DNA from: Thermovirgaceae bacterium
Lineage (GTDB): Bacteria; Synergistota; Synergistia; Synergistales; Thermovirgaceae
Assembly: GCA_046542505.1 (NCBI GenBank)
Contig: JBKHBH010000033.1
Location: 1 to 19,673 of the forward strand
DNA: 19,673 bases
Direction: 5' to 3'
Numbering within the stretch: the stretch's first letter is position 1; every line of letters begins with the position of its first letter. The notes under the pieces are model-generated. The model was not told where the DNA came from. It ran no database searches and was given only the letters and a program-made list of their open reading frames with translations. A program made the position numbers and the translations under genes. Below are positions 1 to 8,011 of this stretch, one piece after another.

Positions 1-2
1 TG

Positions 3-695
3 GGGACTCTCGGCGAGTGGGGGACATACAGCCTTGATCCCTACAAACTCCTGACCGTCGGCGAAGGCGGCCTCATCGTCACCGACGACGAAACACTCTA
101 CGACAGGGCACGGTTCTATCACGACCACGGGCATATGCATGATGCCGGCATCCCCCGGGGAGCCGAGGGCAAGGCATGCCTGGGGTTCAACTTCCGGATG
201 AGCGAGATCCAGGGAGCCCTCGGGCTCGTGCAGCTTGAAAAGCTCGATGGGGCCATCGGACACCTCAGGACCAACAAGAAAAAGATCCTGGAGGGCGTCA
301 CGATGCCGGAGGAAGTCCAGTTGCGGGATCTCCCCGACCGTGAGGGAGAAATTGCGACGCAGCTTGTTTTCCTGATGCCCGATTCACAAAGCGCCAGAAC
401 GTTTCAGAAGGCGGCCGGTGACGCCGGGGCCCCCTGCGGGATCCTTTCGGGCAACACCTGGCACTACGCCCGCCACTGGCAGACGCTTCGCGAGGGAACC
501 TACTACAGCAGGCTCCGCTGTCCCTATGACTGCCCCTATGCCGACGAGATTCCGACCTACCGTCCCGTGGAATGGCCCCAGACCCACGACATTCTCGACA
601 GGGCCGTGGTCTATGTGATGGAAATCTTCATGGACGAGGTCAAGATCGAACGGATGCGCAAGGCAATCCAGGTCGGATTCGACGCGGCTTTTTAG
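3..695 (+). CDS. DegT/DnrJ/EryC1/StrS PLP-dependent aminotransferase, KdnA-like (8-amino-Kdo transaminase); 5'-truncated
   Basis: Frame is open from the window start: GTLGEWGTYSLDPYKLLTVGEGGLIVTDD...HDHGHMH...LGFNFRMSEIQGALG. It contains the DegT PLP-lysine motif (S-x-x-x-x-K-x-x-T-x-GEGG). The DHGHxH, RGAE, NFRxSE, PDxEG and WHY..W segments resemble Shewanella KdnA as I recall it. TAG at 693-695. Confidence 0.85.
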   Translation, partial: GTLGEWGTYSLDPYKLLTVGEGGLIVTDDETLYDRARFYHDHGHMHDAGIPRGAEGKACLGFNFRMSEIQGALGLVQLEKLDGAIGHLRTNKKKILEGVTMPEEVQLRDLPDREGEIATQLVFLMPDSQSARTFQKAAGDAGAPCGILSGNTWHYARHWQTLREGTYYSRLRCPYDCPYADEIPTYRPVEWPQTHDILDRAVVYVMEIFMDEVKIERMRKAIQVGFDAAF

Positions 696-698
696 AGA

Positions 699-1895
699 AT
701 GGGTACAGGGCGCGACGGAGTTTTCTATAAAAAAGGGCAGTCAAACGGCCCCGCCACCGTCTTTGTCTTGTCCGACGGCATCAGGGGGCACGAGAACCAG
801 TCCATGGGAATCGCTTCGTGGCTGGAGGATTTTGGGACGGCCGTCGAGGTCTTTCGGATCCCCTCTCTTTCGGGATACCACCGCTTAAAAAACCTCAAGG
901 TGACATCGAGGCGGCTCGTGCACAAAAAGTCCCTGCGGTGCATGAAGTGGCTCGAAACAAGCGGAGGGGAAGTCCTTCTTGAAGAGATTCAAGGCAGCCT
1001 CCAACGGTCCGGCATCGATGGGAAAGAAGCCTTGTTCCTGTCCGCCGGGAGTTCAGCCGCCCCGTATTGCCTGGCCGTATCGGGCGCCACGGGCGGCAGG
1101 AGCTGCACCGTGATGACCCCTTCCGTCCTGGGGACCAAACCTTTTGATTTCGCCGTCGTTCCGGAGCATGACCGGCCAGAGGCGTCGGAGAATGTTCTGG
1201 TGACCCTAGGCGCCCCGAACAGGATCAGGACGGAGCTCCTGAATGGAAAGAAGGAAGAACTGATGCGGCGTTTCCCACCGTTGCGTCAGAATCGCTGGGC
1301 CTTTCTCGTGGGTGGGGATGACAGAAACTACCACATCGGTCCGGAATGGACCAAAAGGGTCATCCAGAAGATTTTGGCTGCGGCGGAAAAAGCCGGTGCG
1401 GACCTGTACGTGACAACATCCCGCAGGACGCTTCGAGAGACTGAAAGGGCGCTGGAAGAAGAAGTTCATGGTGATGACACGGTCCGGATGCTTCTTTTGG
1501 CTTCGGAAGACGACTGGAACCCCGTGCCGGGCATGCTGGGATTATGCGACAGGATCTTTTGCACGGAAGACTCCGTATCGATGGTCTCCGAGGCGGCTAC
1601 GGCGGGCCGAAGGCCCGTTGTGCTCCGGGCGGAAAGGAAAAAATCTCCTGCAACCGTTGCGGCGGCTGCGACTTCCCTTTTTGCTGAAAAGGGGTTTTTT
1701 GACGAAAAATGGATCTTCGGTGCCCCACGGTTCGATAAAATGATTCGGAGTTTTGAGGAAAGAGGTCTGTGCCGATACCTTGCGGAAGCCGAGGAAGTGG
1801 CCGAAAATTTTCGGGATGAGGAAAGCCGGCTGCCGGAAGATTTCAACGAGGCCCGCAGGGCTGCGGAATGGATACTGGCAAGGTGGAACCCATGA
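699..1895 (+). CDS. ELM1/GtrOC1 family putative glycosyltransferase (mitochondrial fission ELM1 domain)
   Basis: Family motifs VLSDGxxGHENQSxGIA, FDFAVVPEHD, GAPN, LVGG, TTSRRT and NPxxGxL...TEDSVSMVSEAA. The start codon is uncertain (no clear SD). Confidence 0.85.
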   Translation: MGTGRDGVFYKKGQSNGPATVFVLSDGIRGHENQSMGIASWLEDFGTAVEVFRIPSLSGYHRLKNLKVTSRRLVHKKSLRCMKWLETSGGEVLLEEIQGSLQRSGIDGKEALFLSAGSSAAPYCLAVSGATGGRSCTVMTPSVLGTKPFDFAVVPEHDRPEASENVLVTLGAPNRIRTELLNGKKEELMRRFPPLRQNRWAFLVGGDDRNYHIGPEWTKRVIQKILAAAEKAGADLYVTTSRRTLRETERALEEEVHGDDTVRMLLLASEDDWNPVPGMLGLCDRIFCTEDSVSMVSEAATAGRRPVVLRAERKKSPATVAAAATSLFAEKGFFDEKWIFGAPRFDKMIRSFEERGLCRYLAEAEEVAENFRDEESRLPEDFNEARRAAEWILARWNP

Positions 1896-2914
1896 AAATC
1901 ATCCAGATTCTTCCCGGTCTTGAAGAGGGCGGTGTAGAAAGACATGTCCTGTGGTTGTCGAACGAACTGGCCTCCAGGGGGCATGAAATTCTGGTCGTCT
2001 CTTCGGGTGGGAAGCTTGAAGGACAATTTGAGCCTTCCGTAAAACATTGGAGACTTCCAGTACATGTAAAAAACCCTGTCACCGGGGCTTGGTGTGCCGC
2101 AAGAATTGCGTGGAGAGTAAAGCGGGAGAAATGGGATGTACTTCATGCACATTCGAGAGTGCCGATCTGGATAACCTGGTGGAGCAGCGCGATGTCGAAA
2201 GCCCCCTGGGTCTCTACCGCTCATGCACTCTATACGCTGAATGCTGCGTTAAATCCGTTGAGGCGGGCCGAGGTTGTGATCTGCGTCAGTCAAGCCGTGA
2301 GAGACCACCTGAAAGGGTGGTTACCCCCGCGAAACATGGTCATATACAATGGACTGCCTCAGGCATACGAAAGCTGGGATCCGGGCCCTAGGGATGGAAT
2401 GGTCCGGTTTCTCTTTCTGGGACGACTTGTGCCGAAGAAGGGACTTCAGGTCGTCTTGAAGGCCTTGGGGGAAATCAGAGAAAAGAACTGGAGGCTCGAT
2501 GTGGTGGGTGACGGGAGCTTCCGTCCGGAACTCGAGGCCCTGGCCCGGGAATTGAAGATTGCAAAAAGGGTTGCCTTCCATGGTTTCAGGGATGATACGG
2601 GAAAATGGATGAAAGAGTGCGACTGTTTCCTTTTCCCCTCCCTGGAGGAAGGGATGGGCTTGACCTTGATGCAGGCAATCCACATTGGAGTGCCCATTCT
2701 GGCTTCCGACATTCCCGCTGCGAGGGAGCTCGCCGCAGGGGAAGCGGCGGACCTCATCAGCCCGGGGGATGTCAAGGCCTGGAGAAGGCGTCTGAAAGAG
2801 GTTATCCGCGACGAGGGGAAGTTTTCGTATTTCGACGGATCGAAAATAGGAACCGTGGCGGACCGTACAGATGAAATCGAGAAGGTCTACGCAGAAGCTG
2901 CAGCAGCAAGGTAG
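1892..2914 (+). CDS. Glycosyltransferase family 4 (GT-B)
   Basis: MKIIQILPGLEEGGVERH, LHAHSR, FLGRLVPKKG, FPSLEEGMGLTLMQA. Start at 1892 overlaps the upstream stop (ATGA), with AAGGTGG upstream. Confidence 0.92.
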   Translation: MKIIQILPGLEEGGVERHVLWLSNELASRGHEILVVSSGGKLEGQFEPSVKHWRLPVHVKNPVTGAWCAARIAWRVKREKWDVLHAHSRVPIWITWWSSAMSKAPWVSTAHALYTLNAALNPLRRAEVVICVSQAVRDHLKGWLPPRNMVIYNGLPQAYESWDPGPRDGMVRFLFLGRLVPKKGLQVVLKALGEIREKNWRLDVVGDGSFRPELEALARELKIAKRVAFHGFRDDTGKWMKECDCFLFPSLEEGMGLTLMQAIHIGVPILASDIPAARELAAGEAADLISPGDVKAWRRRLKEVIRDEGKFSYFDGSKIGTVADRTDEIEKVYAEAAAAR

Positions 2915-2989
2915 ACATTCAGGATGGATTCCGGCGGGAAAGCACGGCTGCAGATTTATATGTTCTGAGAATTTCGGGAGGCGGTTTTC

Positions 2990-3964
2990 GTGACGACCTG
3001 TTTTCTGATCACCGGAGGTGCGGGGTTCATTGGATCCCACCTGTGCAGGCGGCTTCTCGCCATGGGGCATGAAGTTATCTGCGTGGACAACCTTTTCACG
3101 GGGGATAAGCGAAACATCAGGCCCTTGCTGGATGAATCGCTTTTCGAGTTCTACAGGCACGACGTGACTTTCCCCCTGTATGTCGAGGCTGACGGAATCT
3201 ACAACCTCGCCTGCCCGGCGTCCCCTGTGCATTACCAGTTTGACCCCGTGCAGACGACAAAAACCAGTGTCCATGGTGTCATCAACATGCTGGGTCTTGC
3301 CAAGAGGTTGAAGGTGAAAATCCTCCAGGCCTCAACGTCGGAAGTCTACGGCGATCCGGAAACACATCCCCAGCGGGAGGATTACTGGGGGCACGTGAAC
3401 CCAATTGGGCCCAGGTCGTGCTATGACGAGGGAAAACGCTGTGCGGAGACGCTTTTTTTCGATTACTACCGCCAGCACGATCTTCCGATAAAGGTGGCCC
3501 GTATTTTTAACACCTATGGTCCCGGAATGCATCCTGATGACGGGAGGGTGGTCTCGAACTTCATCATCCAGGCACTGAAAAACGAACCCCTGACGATTTT
3601 CGGAGACGGGTCACAGACACGTTCTTTCTGTTACGTCAAGGACCTGGTGCGGGGGGTGACGGCGCTGATGGAGACTCCAGATGATTTCACGGGCCCCGTG
3701 AACCTTGGCAACCCGTCAGAGAAAACCATTCTTGAGCTTGCCGAGCTCATCAGGGACCTTGCAGGTTCCTCGTCGGAGATTGTTTTCAGGCCGCTTCCGC
3801 AGGATGACCCCAGGAGGCGTTGCCCCGACATCGGGCTTGCCCGAAAAAAGCTGGAATGGGAGCCTGAAGTTCAGCTCGGCGAGGGATTGAAAAAAACAAT
3901 TTCCTATTTCGACAAGCTGCTTTCAGGACGACTTTTTGCAGACGGCGATCCGCTCGGGGAGTGA
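2990..3964 (+). CDS. uxs: UDP-glucuronic acid decarboxylase (UDP-xylose synthase), SDR family
   Basis: [37 protein letters not shown] (YxxxK), [20 protein letters not shown] start with GGGAGG SD. Confidence 0.93.
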   Translation: MTTCFLITGGAGFIGSHLCRRLLAMGHEVICVDNLFTGDKRNIRPLLDESLFEFYRHDVTFPLYVEADGIYNLACPASPVHYQFDPVQTTKTSVHGVINMLGLAKRLKVKILQASTSEVYGDPETHPQREDYWGHVNPIGPRSCYDEGKRCAETLFFDYYRQHDLPIKVARIFNTYGPGMHPDDGRVVSNFIIQALKNEPLTIFGDGSQTRSFCYVKDLVRGVTALMETPDDFTGPVNLGNPSEKTILELAELIRDLAGSSSEIVFRPLPQDDPRRRCPDIGLARKKLEWEPEVQLGEGLKKTISYFDKLLSGRLFADGDPLGE

Positions 3965-3972
3965 TGCCCGGT

Positions 3973-5055
3973 TTACCGGAGGGATTTGAAGAGATCGAGA
4001 AAGTCCCTGACGATTTTCTTCGAGTCGAAGGCCTGCGAGAGGAGCATCCGGGTTTCGTTAACCTGATGTCGTATTTGAGCTGGCTCCCATGTTTCGTAGA
4101 GCTTTTTGAGCCCTGAAACGGCCGCGTCGGGCCGGTCTCTCATGAGAAAGGCTCCGTCACGCTCGCCGAAGTGGCAGTCTATGGCGCGGCTGACGGAATC
4201 CGGGAGAAGGGGTCCCATCCAGTACCCGCTGAAGGCCAAAACGGGCCTGTTGCTTAAAGCGGCTTCGGCGGCCGATGTAGCCCCGGCGCAAACGGCCGTG
4301 CTCCACCCGATCCAGGGGTTCGGGTCGGGCCGTGTTCCGAGGACCCTCACGAAGGTTTCACCGGACCTCATGTTGGCCTTCATGCCCGTAAGCTTGAACA
4401 GAGGGAGCCTGTCACCTCCGCCTATGAAAGTTATTTCCAGGGACGGGATGATTTCCTTGAGAGGAAGGGCGTTGTCCAGCAGGGCCCTGAACCCGGGCGC
4501 CTTGTAGCCGCTGAGGCGGCCGAGGCAGAGAACACGAAAGGGGTCCCTGTCGGGAAGGGGTGACGTCTCCATCATGGACGTGATGGGCCTTCGGATGAGC
4601 CTGGCGGGAAAAGGAGGCTTGAGGGCCTTCATCTGTTCGAAGATGGGTTCTTCAGCCGTGATCCAGGCGTCGCTGGAAGCCACAATAGTTTCAAGGCTCC
4701 TGTTCCGCCTGTTGTCGTCCCGTACGGGATCGTGGAAAACCGTTACCAATCGGGCCCCGGAACGTTCCTTGACCGCCATCGCCAGAGGAAAGGCCCTCCT
4801 GGAGTCGGAGATGATGATGTCCGGGCCGAAGGCAGCGGCTTTTTGCGGAAGGCCGCCCCCCGACGGGGAAAGGCCTATGCTTTCGATGATCCCGACACCC
4901 TTTTGCCGGTGGCGGTCCTTGAAACTTTTGAATCCCGCCCAGCGGCCCGCCACGGCTACTTCATGTCCGGCCTCACGGAGGGCCCCAGAGAGGTAGAGGT
5001 TGAATGAAGCGACTCCGTCGATAAGAAAGCCTTCGCTGCAGAAAAGGATTTTCAT
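3973..5055 (-). CDS. Atypical GT-B fold glycosyltransferase (GT4-like)
   Basis: N-terminal MKILF...GVASF..YLSGALREAGHEVAV, then LCLGRLSGYK and GATSAAEAALSNRPVLA. GGAGGT upstream. Convergent with uxs (8-nt gap). Confidence 0.75.
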   Translation of the reverse strand: MKILFCSEGFLIDGVASFNLYLSGALREAGHEVAVAGRWAGFKSFKDRHRQKGVGIIESIGLSPSGGGLPQKAAAFGPDIIISDSRRAFPLAMAVKERSGARLVTVFHDPVRDDNRRNRSLETIVASSDAWITAEEPIFEQMKALKPPFPARLIRRPITSMMETSPLPDRDPFRVLCLGRLSGYKAPGFRALLDNALPLKEIIPSLEITFIGGGDRLPLFKLTGMKANMRSGETFVRVLGTRPDPNPWIGWSTAVCAGATSAAEAALSNRPVLAFSGYWMGPLLPDSVSRAIDCHFGERDGAFLMRDRPDAAVSGLKKLYETWEPAQIRHQVNETRMLLSQAFDSKKIVRDFLDLFKSLR

Positions 5056-5162
5056 GATATTTCAGCCTGACCTCCATACAGTAGCAGGTAGTATGCGAAA
5101 CAGCTCTTAAAATACCATATGATGTCCTAAAAAAAGGCATGGCAAGGGAAGGAGACTGCGTA

Positions 5163-6278
5163 ATGCGAATCCTGCACTATGTGGACGAGAACAGGCTTTC
5201 CTGGAGCAGACCCTGGCTGCAGCTTCTGGAGGAGATCGCGAAACTCGAAGACGATGTGGAACAGCTTGTCCTCTGCCGTCCAGGTGGAACCCTGCGAAAC
5301 CAGGTCGAATCGGCCGGGTTCGAGGTCTACGTGTACAGACCCCTCATGGCATGGTGTCCTGCCTTGTGTGCCGGTTTCGGGCGGTCCCTGGGCAAACTCC
5401 GCCCCGATATTATCCACACGCGCCTGTCGTCCGCGGCAGCCATCGCCGGATACTGGGGACGCAAGGTAAAGATTCCCGTGATCTCCACCGTGGATAAGTA
5501 CCCCAAGGCAAGGTATTACACGAAGGCCGACTGCATCGTGCCGTCATCTTGCGACGTGGCGCGCTACATGGAAGGCCTGGGGTTTCCAGCGGAAAAGCTT
5601 CGGGTCATCACAAACGCCATCAGAGTCGCCGAATACGCGCCCGACTCTGATGAGCGGGCAAGGGTCCGTTTTGCGGCAGGTGTGAATGACGCGACGCCCA
5701 TCCTTTTGGCCATGGGACGATTCGTCCCCTGGAAGGGCTTTGATCTTTTCCTCCAGGCCCTGGAGTCAATTGAATGCAGTGAGCCCATCAAGGTATGGAT
5801 AGTAGGGGAGGGGCCCATGGAAGACCGCCTTTTCGATTTGGGGAAAGGGATAAATTCCCGCAGGGAAAATGCCGTGAAGGTGTCCTTTTTCCCCTTCGCC
5901 GATGACGTGAGGCCTTACCTCAGGGCGGCCGACATCTTCGTGCAGCCTTCCTGGCACATACAGGGATCGGGGGGGCCTGAGACCTTCAGCCTTGCCCTTC
6001 TTGAAGCACAGGCAGCGGGCCTCCCCGCAGTAGTCTTCGATTGTGGAGGAGCGCCGGACCTCATCGAGGATGGTTTTAACGGGTGGGTTGCCGTTCCCGG
6101 CGATGTGCGATCCCTGAAAAGGGTTCTCGAAAAGGCCCTTGAGGAAATAGGAAAAAAGGAATTTGCGTCCCGTGCACGGGAACGGGCCGAGGCCCATGAT
6201 GTCAAAAGGGCCGCTGAACTCCACAGTGAGATCTATCGGAGCGTGCACAAGGGAAAATCCTGCAGGGGCTCTCATTGA
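5163..6278 (+). CDS. Glycosyltransferase family 4 (GT-B)
   Basis: MRILHYVD start with AAGGAG SD. PDIIHT, MGRFVPWKGFD, ADIFVQPS, ETFSLALLEA (E-x7-E), GGAPDLIEDGFNG. Confidence 0.92.
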   Translation: MRILHYVDENRLSWSRPWLQLLEEIAKLEDDVEQLVLCRPGGTLRNQVESAGFEVYVYRPLMAWCPALCAGFGRSLGKLRPDIIHTRLSSAAAIAGYWGRKVKIPVISTVDKYPKARYYTKADCIVPSSCDVARYMEGLGFPAEKLRVITNAIRVAEYAPDSDERARVRFAAGVNDATPILLAMGRFVPWKGFDLFLQALESIECSEPIKVWIVGEGPMEDRLFDLGKGINSRRENAVKVSFFPFADDVRPYLRAADIFVQPSWHIQGSGGPETFSLALLEAQAAGLPAVVFDCGGAPDLIEDGFNGWVAVPGDVRSLKRVLEKALEEIGKKEFASRARERAEAHDVKRAAELHSEIYRSVHKGKSCRGSH

Positions 6279-6315
6279 TTCGGATGCCTTCATCCTCCAT
6301 TTGGCGACGTTTGTA

Positions 6316-6324
6316 TGGTAGAAT
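6316..6324 (+). promoter_or_regulatory. Putative extended -10 promoter (TGgTAGAAT) for the ligase gene
   Basis: TGnTAGAAT in the intergenic gap; no good -35. Confidence 0.35.
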
Positions 6325-6390
6325 GCCTCCGGCATGGATCCAGTCGCGCATAGTCGATGCGAAAACCCAAAAACGAGGTTGTCATTGCAG

Positions 6391-7653
6391 ATGGTACGCT
6401 CGTTAAAAAGACCCGCTTCCTGGCCCTGGTTTTTCCTGGAGTCAGGTTTGTATTTTTCGGTTTTCTTCGAACCCTGGGGACCGGTTTTCCGGTACTTTGG
6501 CTGGCTCTTCTGTCTGGGCGGCCTTGCTGTACTTTTCCCCACGGGCGGGCTTCGGGAGAAGGAAGGGTTTTTTGTCCCTCCTCTCGGGAGGGTTATGCTA
6601 TTCGTGCTGTTTTGGTCCCTTTTTTCCACCCTTATCAATTTTCACGGCTGGTATGATGCCGCCAAGGGTTTTTCCATCCCCGTCGAGGCCTTTTTTGGGG
6701 TCCTTGTCGCCACTCTTGTCTTCTCACGGAAGGGCGCAGCGAGACTTGAAAGAGTCTGGTGGGTTTCAAGCGCCGTTGTTTTTGCATGGACTCTTGTCAC
6801 GGTGATGAAGGCCGATGACTTTGCCGGACCCTTTCATAATGTGAACACCCTCGGGTTGTACGCCGTGATGACCCTCCCCATGAGCTACTCCCTGGTGGCT
6901 CAAATACGGACAAGAAGAAAGATCTTTCTTTCCTGGCTTCTCGTCGCCGCCAACGTGCTGACCCTGATCTTCAGTTTCAGCCTGGGCGCATGGGTTGTCG
7001 GGGTCTTCGAGACGGTTTGCTTCCTGCTTTTGGTGCGCCCCTCCTTCAAAGGTCTGGTCAAGGCCGCCGCTGCGACGTCCCTTGTGGTGGCGCTTCTTTT
7101 TTCCGCCCTGACGGTCTCGAATCCGAAGGTCCTTTCCCATGCGGGAAGGGAAGTGAAGCAGCTCCTGTCCTTTTCGGAGGATTTGTCCCGTTTTACGAAC
7201 AAGCGTTCCGTTATCTGGAGGGCCACGTTGGACCTTTCTCTGGAAAAGCCTTTGACCGGATGGGGATGGCTTGAATTCAGAACCCTGGTGAAAGAGGTCA
7301 GGGGCAAGATCAAGGGGATCGGGATCCCCATGGAGCCGCACAATATGTACCTTGAGCTCTTCGTGACGGGCGGGATTCCACTTCTTGTAGGCGGCATCGG
7401 GCTTATTGCTCTTGGAGGAAGGAGTGCCCTGAAGAAGATGAAAGCCTCGGGTGAAAGGGGACGCTGCCTTTACGCCGCTGTCTTTACGACCATTGCGGCA
7501 ATAATGTTTTATGGCATAGGCGGAAGCATCTTCGCCGCCAGGCACAAGGTGGGGTTTCTCTTCTGGGTCCTTTTCGGCATCGCGGCGGCGCGGGAGAAAG
7601 GTGGTTCCTCCGCCGGCGGAAAAGAGACAGGGGCCGCACCGGAGACTTGCTGA
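6391..7653 (+). CDS. O-antigen ligase family protein (Wzy_C domain; WaaL or O-oligosaccharyltransferase)
   Basis: Many hydrophobic TM segments. Periplasmic loop motif R-x-x-IW...KPLTGWG...PHNMYLE..V.GGI. The start may be 6334, 6385 (TTG) or 6391; GAGGT at 6375-6379 favours the latter two. Confidence 0.88.
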   Translation: MVRSLKRPASWPWFFLESGLYFSVFFEPWGPVFRYFGWLFCLGGLAVLFPTGGLREKEGFFVPPLGRVMLFVLFWSLFSTLINFHGWYDAAKGFSIPVEAFFGVLVATLVFSRKGAARLERVWWVSSAVVFAWTLVTVMKADDFAGPFHNVNTLGLYAVMTLPMSYSLVAQIRTRRKIFLSWLLVAANVLTLIFSFSLGAWVVGVFETVCFLLLVRPSFKGLVKAAAATSLVVALLFSALTVSNPKVLSHAGREVKQLLSFSEDLSRFTNKRSVIWRATLDLSLEKPLTGWGWLEFRTLVKEVRGKIKGIGIPMEPHNMYLELFVTGGIPLLVGGIGLIALGGRSALKKMKASGERGRCLYAAVFTTIAAIMFYGIGGSIFAARHKVGFLFWVLFGIAAAREKGGSSAGGKETGAAPETC

Positions 7654-7680
7654 CATACTTGGATACAGGTTCGAAAAGGC

Positions 7681-7709
7681 TTTACAAGCTGCACGTAACA
7701 GGGTATATT
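7681..7709 (+). promoter_or_regulatory. Putative sigma70 promoter P1 upstream of the porin gene
   Basis: TTTACA-17 bp-TATATT in an AT-rich patch. Confidence 0.6.
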
Positions 7710-7754
7710 TTTATATGGTGAAGAAGTTAAGTGTTTCCGATCAGGCAAGAGGGC

Positions 7755-7783
7755 TTGACTCCCGGCCCCGGATCGGTCACAAT
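7755..7783 (+). promoter_or_regulatory. Putative sigma70 promoter P2 upstream of the porin gene
   Basis: TTGACT-17 bp-CACAAT. Confidence 0.5.
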
Positions 7784-7784
7784 C

Positions 7785-7816
7785 ACCGAGGGGCGCATTG
7801 CCCCGGTAATTTTTTT
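7785..7816 (+). terminator. Terminator/attenuator-like hairpin in the porin leader
   Basis: ACC(GA)GGGGC-GCATT-GCCCC-GGT followed by AA and T7. Confidence 0.5.
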
Positions 7817-7836
7817 GCTCTTGTCCCTGCATCGAC

Positions 7837-7917
7837 CCTGAAGGCACGAAAGGAGGTGCAACCCCCGACCGCCACAAAGGGCACGCGGGGAAAGAGAAGG
7901 CCTCAAGGCACAAAAGG
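7837..7917 (+). repeat. 17-nt imperfect direct repeat CCT(G/C)AAGGCAC(G/A)AAAGG, two copies plus a degenerate middle copy
   Basis: cctgaaggcacgaaagg (7837-7853) and cctcaaggcacaaaagg (7901-7917) are 15/17 identical. ccacaaagggcacgcgg lies between them (7872-7888). Confidence 0.7.
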
Positions 7918-8011
7918 GCAGGCGGAACGTCAGGAAGGAAACGTGGAGACTTCATGATGACCGTCGCTTTGATGTGTCAGGGCCAATACACATCAAGGGG
8001 GTAACACAACT

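Noticed and set aside
3..3964. DegT aminotransferase plus UDP-GlcA decarboxylase as an ArnB/ArnA (Ara4N) pathway
   Set aside because: Decarboxylase motifs are UXS-type, the aminotransferase looks KdnA-like, and no arnC/arnD/arnT or formyltransferase is in the window.
7837..7917. Repeat-spacer-repeat pattern as a mini CRISPR
   Set aside because: Repeats are only 17 nt, imperfect and in two copies; no cas genes nearby.
7921..7950. TCAGGAAGGAA resembling the SRP RNA domain IV
   Set aside because: Lacks the full CAGG-x-CC-GNRA-GG-x-AGCAG motif and the long SRP helix.
7601..7957. 118-aa ORF across the porin leader
   Set aside because: Runs through promoter and terminator elements, has no RBS, and has low-complexity composition. 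The internal GTG overlaps the SD-like sequence itself.
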